Part shown: positions 60,459-64,000 of the stretch, piece after piece
Position numbering within the stretch: position 1 is the first letter of the stretch
How the letters are laid out: every line of letters starts with the position of its first letter
Source of the DNA: Longimicrobiales bacterium
Lineage (GTDB): Bacteria > Gemmatimonadota > Gemmatimonadetes > Longimicrobiales > RSA9
Reading direction: 5' to 3'
DNA length: 64,000 bases
NCBI GenBank assembly: GCA_035461245.1
Contig: DATHVP010000025.1
Coordinates: forward strand, 79,714-143,713
Position numbers and translations under genes: made by a program
Notes under the pieces: model-generated
What the model saw: the letters and a program-made list of their open reading frames with translations, nothing else
Databases searched by the model: none
Told to the model about the DNA's origin: nothing

Positions 60459-62753
60459 TCAGCGCGGCGGTGGCCCTGGCCGGTACGTCCGAGCGGCGTT
60501 CGCCATGACGTCCTCACGGGCGAACCACGCCGGCTTCATCCGGCCCGCCACGTACAGCGGCGCCTGGTCGAACCAGTGCGGCGACGCCGGGTCCGCCGAC
60601 TGCCCGAACTGCACCACCGACCGGGACTCTACTGCACCCGGTGCCAGTTCCACCACGCTCACCCACGTGTGGCCGCTCACGCCGTAGCGCCGGCCGTCCG
60701 CCGCGGGCTGGGCGCTGAAGGCGAAGATGACGCCCGCCCAGCCTGGCGCGCCGGGCACCGGCAGTGACGGCCGCTCGCCACCAAGGGACTCGCCGCCCAC
60801 CGGCTGCCCGGGAAACGCCTCTCCCCTGGCCGGGTCCCCGCCGCTCGTATGCACCCGCTGCAGCCGGTTCACCTCGCCCCACGGCACCAGGGCGCGGCCG
60901 AAGTTGCGGTTCAGCTCCGCCACCACGTCCTCCAGCGCCCGGAACTGCGCGTACTCGCCGGTGAAGTCGCCGGACCGGAGTCGCTCCTGCCAGAGGATGA
61001 ACAGCGTCGTCGCCTCAGACGCCACCGTCGCAACCCGGTCCCATGAACGCAGCGCGTCCAGCGCCTCGTCCACCCGCATGGCCCGCTCAAAGTTGGTGCC
61101 GCCGATCTCCTCCCACTCGTGGATGAGGATGCGCAGCGCGTCGCCGTCGGCCTCGCTGACGTACGTGTCGAACGCCGCCGCCTGCAACGCGTCCAGCGTC
61201 CACGACGGCTCGGCCTCCAGCAGCCGCCGGGACGAACGCGCCCGGCCGTTGTCGGGCTCCGGCGCCATGTACGTCGGGTACCGCGACGGGTCCAGGTTGT
61301 CGCCCTCGCCGGTGGCCAGGAACGGCGTCCCGTTCGTGTTCTGGATCCAGCCGCTGCGCGGGTTCAGGATCTCCGGCAGCTCGTCCAGCTCGTGCCAGCC
61401 CTGCCACTCCGTGGCACTGGTGCTGCCGTCCACGGGCCGGGACCAGTCGTAGCCGTCGGCCCGGCGCGGCACCGCGTTGCCATGGAGGTAGTAGATGTTG
61501 CCCTCCACGTCGGCGTACATGGTGTTGGAGATGGGGAACGCCCGCCGGTTCAGCGCCGCGCGGAACTCGTCCAGGTTCCTGGCTCGGCCCATCTCGTACC
61601 ACTGCTGGATGGAGCCGCCCTCCTCCATCCGTCCCACCCGGACCGCCAGCCCCACGCCATCCCGCATGGCGACGACGGGACCGTGATGCGTCCGCCGGAA
61701 CGTGAACTCCCGGGCCACGACGCCGCCGGCGGTATTCACCCGGATGGTATCGGTCCACTCCGTCGCCTGCCGCCAGCCGTCGTCGTACCGGTACATGAGG
61801 GGGTCTGACGGATGGTCGAAGACGACCTCGTAGACGTCCGAATGGTCGGCGCCCGTGTTCGTGTGGCTCCACGCCAGGTGCTCGTTATGGCCGGATCGGG
61901 GCACCGGCGTGCCCAGCACGGCGAAGCCGCGGACGTGCCAGCCCTGGTCGCTGTGGACGTGCATCTCGTAGCGCTGGCCGTCGCCGAAGAACCGGACGTG
62001 CGGGTTCTGGAACAGCAGCGCGTGCCCCGACTCCGTCCGGGATCCGGCAATCGCCCACATGTTCGAGCCCTGCGGCTCCGCAAGGGCGCCGGTGGACGCA
62101 TCCGCCGGGTACGCCCCGGTGACACCGGCACCCCGCCCACCGCCGAACCCGCCAACCCCGCTGAACCCGCCGAATTCCGCGGACCTCACGGCACCGGTCA
62201 CGCCGACGCCCATCAACTCCGCGATGTCGCCCAGCCGGACGCCGTCTATGCGCGTGTTCTCGCCCACCAGCCGGAACCGTGCAAAGAACATCCAGGGCTC
62301 CCACCGCGTGATGAGCCGCGGCTGCACCCCTGGCGTCGTGCGCAGGTAGTAGTTCAGCCCCGCGGCGAACGCATCCCAGAGCACCTTCCGCTCCGGCGGC
62401 TCCCCCTCGTACTCCTCCCGTGACAATCGCTCCACCTCGAACACGGCCCGGACCAGATCAGCCGCCAGGTACCGCTCGCCGTACCAGTTCGAGGCCCGGC
62501 CCAGCAGGTGGATATAATCCTCCTCGATCTGCCAGTAATTGTCCTCGGCCTGGGCGTACGCCAGTCCAAACATCACCGCCGCGTCCGTGGGCCCGAGGAT
62601 GCTGGGCACGCCCCACTCGTCGCGGACGATGGTCACACTCGCCGCCAGTCGCTCGCCCGCCTCCTCGCGCGCCGGCAGCAGGTTCGACAGAGGCGCGCAC
62701 GCCGGCGCCGCCAGCAGGACCAGCGGCAAGATCCGAAGGAAAGGCAAGTTCAT
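60459..62753 (-). CDS. Penicillin-acylase-family Ntn hydrolase (peptidase S45; penicillin amidase / acyl-homoserine-lactone acylase-like)
   Basis: The autoprocessing site EPQGSNMWAIAGSRTESGHALLFQNPH carries the nucleophile Ser of the beta chain. Signal peptide starts at ATG 62753. Size and alpha/beta layout fit S45. Confidence 0.85.
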   Translation of the reverse strand: MNLPFLRILPLVLLAAPACAPLSNLLPAREEAGERLAASVTIVRDEWGVPSILGPTDAAVMFGLAYAQAEDNYWQIEEDYIHLLGRASNWYGERYLAADLVRAVFEVERLSREEYEGEPPERKVLWDAFAAGLNYYLRTTPGVQPRLITRWEPWMFFARFRLVGENTRIDGVRLGDIAELMGVGVTGAVRSAEFGGFSGVGGFGGGRGAGVTGAYPADASTGALAEPQGSNMWAIAGSRTESGHALLFQNPHVRFFGDGQRYEMHVHSDQGWHVRGFAVLGTPVPRSGHNEHLAWSHTNTGADHSDVYEVVFDHPSDPLMYRYDDGWRQATEWTDTIRVNTAGGVVAREFTFRRTHHGPVVAMRDGVGLAVRVGRMEEGGSIQQWYEMGRARNLDEFRAALNRRAFPISNTMYADVEGNIYYLHGNAVPRRADGYDWSRPVDGSTSATEWQGWHELDELPEILNPRSGWIQNTNGTPFLATGEGDNLDPSRYPTYMAPEPDNGRARSSRRLLEAEPSWTLDALQAAAFDTYVSEADGDALRILIHEWEEIGGTNFERAMRVDEALDALRSWDRVATVASEATTLFILWQERLRSGDFTGEYAQFRALEDVVAELNRNFGRALVPWGEVNRLQRVHTSGGDPARGEAFPGQPVGGESLGGERPSLPVPGAPGWAGVIFAFSAQPAADGRRYGVSGHTWVSVVELAPGAVESRSVVQFGQSADPASPHWFDQAPLYVAGRMKPAWFAREDVMANAARTYRPGPPPR

Positions 62754-62930
62754 GCTCCGTTGGCTGTCTGGGTCAGCCCGGATAATGATCGCGCGGCCGT
62801 CAGCTTGCAACGATCGGCCGGCCCCTCCCACCGGCGGTACCGGCGCCAGGCCGGGGCGGTACCGGGGCGGTACGGCACGTGCACCGGAGGACAGGTGTCA
62901 TGCGCACCACCCCATCATCGGAGGCCCGTC

Positions 62931-64000
62931 GTGCAAGTCCTCGTCACCGGCGGTACCGGCGTCATCGGCCGCGCTACTGTCACCGAACTGCTCCGCCGCG
63001 GCCACACAGTGCGGCTCCTGTCACGGGGCGCGGCCGAGGATGTGGAGGAATGGCAGGACCAGCGCGTTCAGGCGTACCCCGGCAACGTCGCAGATGCAAA
63101 CGCCATCCGCGGCGCTGGCGACGGCTGCGGCGCCGTCGTCCACATCGTCGGCATCGTCGAGGAATCGCCGCCGGAAGTGACCTTCGAGTCCGTGAACGTG
63201 GGCGGCACGCGCAACATCCTGGCGGAAGCGGCGCGGGCGGGCGTCAGCCGCGTCGTCTTCATCTCGTCGCTCGGCGCGGAGCGCGGCGAGTCCGACTACC
63301 ACGCTTCCAAGGTGCAGGCTGAGGACCTCGTCCAGCGCTTCGACGGCGACTGGACCATCCTCCGCACCGGCGCCGTCGTCGGGCCCGGCGACGAAACCGT
63401 CTCCGTCCTGCTGCGCATGGTGCGCATCCTGCCCGCCGTGCCCGTCATCGATGACGGCGACCAGCCGTTCCAGCCGGTGTGGCACGAGGACCTGGCGTGG
63501 GCCATCGCCGAGTGCGTGGAACGTGACGACGTCGCACGCACCACCCTGCGCATCGCTGGCGACGACGTCATCACCGTCAACGAGGTGCTGGACCTGTTCA
63601 GCAACATCACCGACCGGGACCCCGTCAGGGTGCCGCTGCCGTCGCTGCTGGCGAAGCTCGGCACCTCGCTGGCCTCGGCGCTGGGCATCGAAACGCCTGT
63701 CAGCGCCTCCACCGTGCAGATGCTGCTCGAAGGCAACGTCATCGGTGACGACGAGGCCAATGACCTGACACAGCGACTGGCGTTCCGTCCGGAACCCATC
63801 CGCACACGCCTCGCCCAGCTCGCCGACGAGATGCTCGAGCAGACCCCCGACGAGGGCGTCGGCAGGCTGCAGCGCCGCCGCTTCCGCGTGGACATCGCCG
63901 GCAGCCGCTTTGACGCCCGTGCGCTGTTCGAGGAGTTGCGCCGTGACTTCGCCGACATCGCGCCCTTCGAGGCCGCCGCCGAGCCCGGCTCGCCCGTGTC
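62931..64000 (+). CDS. NAD(P)-binding epimerase/NmrA-like protein with C-terminal extension (3' end outside window)
   Basis: GTG 62931 lies 6 nt after GGAGG. VQVLVTGGTGVIGRATVTELLRRGHTVRLLSR (Rossmann) and YHASKVQAE (YxxxK). The frame is open to the window end. Absent from the ORF track, probably because the frame has no stop codon inside the window. Confidence 0.75.
   Translation, partial: MQVLVTGGTGVIGRATVTELLRRGHTVRLLSRGAAEDVEEWQDQRVQAYPGNVADANAIRGAGDGCGAVVHIVGIVEESPPEVTFESVNVGGTRNILAEAARAGVSRVVFISSLGAERGESDYHASKVQAEDLVQRFDGDWTILRTGAVVGPGDETVSVLLRMVRILPAVPVIDDGDQPFQPVWHEDLAWAIAECVERDDVARTTLRIAGDDVITVNEVLDLFSNITDRDPVRVPLPSLLAKLGTSLASALGIETPVSASTVQMLLEGNVIGDDEANDLTQRLAFRPEPIRTRLAQLADEMLEQTPDEGVGRLQRRRFRVDIAGSRFDARALFEELRRDFADIAPFEAAAEPGSPV

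Noticed and set aside
62879-63322. Tracked ORFs 62879-63322 (+) and 63296-63958 (-) at the right end of the window.
   Set aside because: A different plus-strand frame starting at GTG 62931, with a GGAGG 6 nt upstream, encodes an obvious Rossmann-fold NAD-binding protein. It remains open to the window end, so the tracked ORFs are shadows.
1-64000. Search by eye for tRNA, rRNA, transposase, integrase, toxin-antitoxin or cas genes.
   Set aside because: None recognised. Intergenic regions are short except 25354-25886, 42440-42715, 52367-52780 and 18422-19101, none of which shows cloverleaf-like or rRNA-like sequence. A tRNAscan/Infernal run would be needed to exclude small RNAs formally.

Overview
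The window is a very GC-rich bacterial chromosomal segment (not computed; judged from GC-saturated third codon positions and long shadow ORFs on every strand). I call about 45 protein-coding genes and found no rRNA, tRNA, CRISPR array, transposase or integrase. Most start codons are backed by GGAGG-type Shine-Dalgarno sequences. Four gene junctions are ATGA stop/start overlaps: 7080-7083, 24091-24094, 36281-36284 and 58180-58183.

Gene content is mainly envelope, stress and housekeeping functions:
- Trk/Ktr K+ uptake, a LemA plus M48 peptidase pair, AddB-AddA helicase-nuclease.
- Hydroxypyruvate reductase plus glycerate kinase, cyclophilin, DUF72, a redoxin.
- PadR plus an orphan ADOP/FtsX permease, HtrA, TerB plus M19 dipeptidase.
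- A PIG-L deacetylase, M28 peptidase, a sensor-less sigma-54 activator, several small outer-membrane barrels.
- A BNR/sortilin-like protein, pseudouridine synthase, a multihaem cytochrome c lipoprotein, a Na/Pi symporter.
- MsrPQ, an SDR, a DUF4015-like hydrolase, RmuC, penicillin-acylase-family protein and an NAD-binding epimerase-like protein.

The PadR-ADOP pair, the abundance of secreted or outer-membrane proteins and the GC content suggest a Gemmatimonadota- or Acidobacteriota-like organism. That is inference only.

The best candidate for an undescribed system is the minus-strand cluster at 34806-42439. It holds four signal-peptide proteins that all carry DUF11-type Ig-fold repeats. One of them is a 1457-aa protein that fuses an Ig-domain passenger to an approximately 800-aa C-terminal barrel-like region.
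- The cluster is transcribed divergently from an Omp85-like gene (42716-44875), which has a paralogue at 14671-16953.
- The two are separated by an unusually AT-rich control region containing a TGGCAC-N5-GTGC element and an AAACGTTT palindrome.

Other items worth a second look:
- A 530-bp intergenic region (25396-25886) packed with three repeat families, including a direct-inverted-direct triplet that can form mutually exclusive hairpins.
- An in-frame 18-bp tandem repeat in a signal-peptide region (25944-26033).
- A 162-bp element bounded by perfect 33-bp inverted repeats (56497-56658).
- Several low-complexity extensions on otherwise ordinary enzymes.

All functional calls rest on motif recognition by eye. 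No database search was run.
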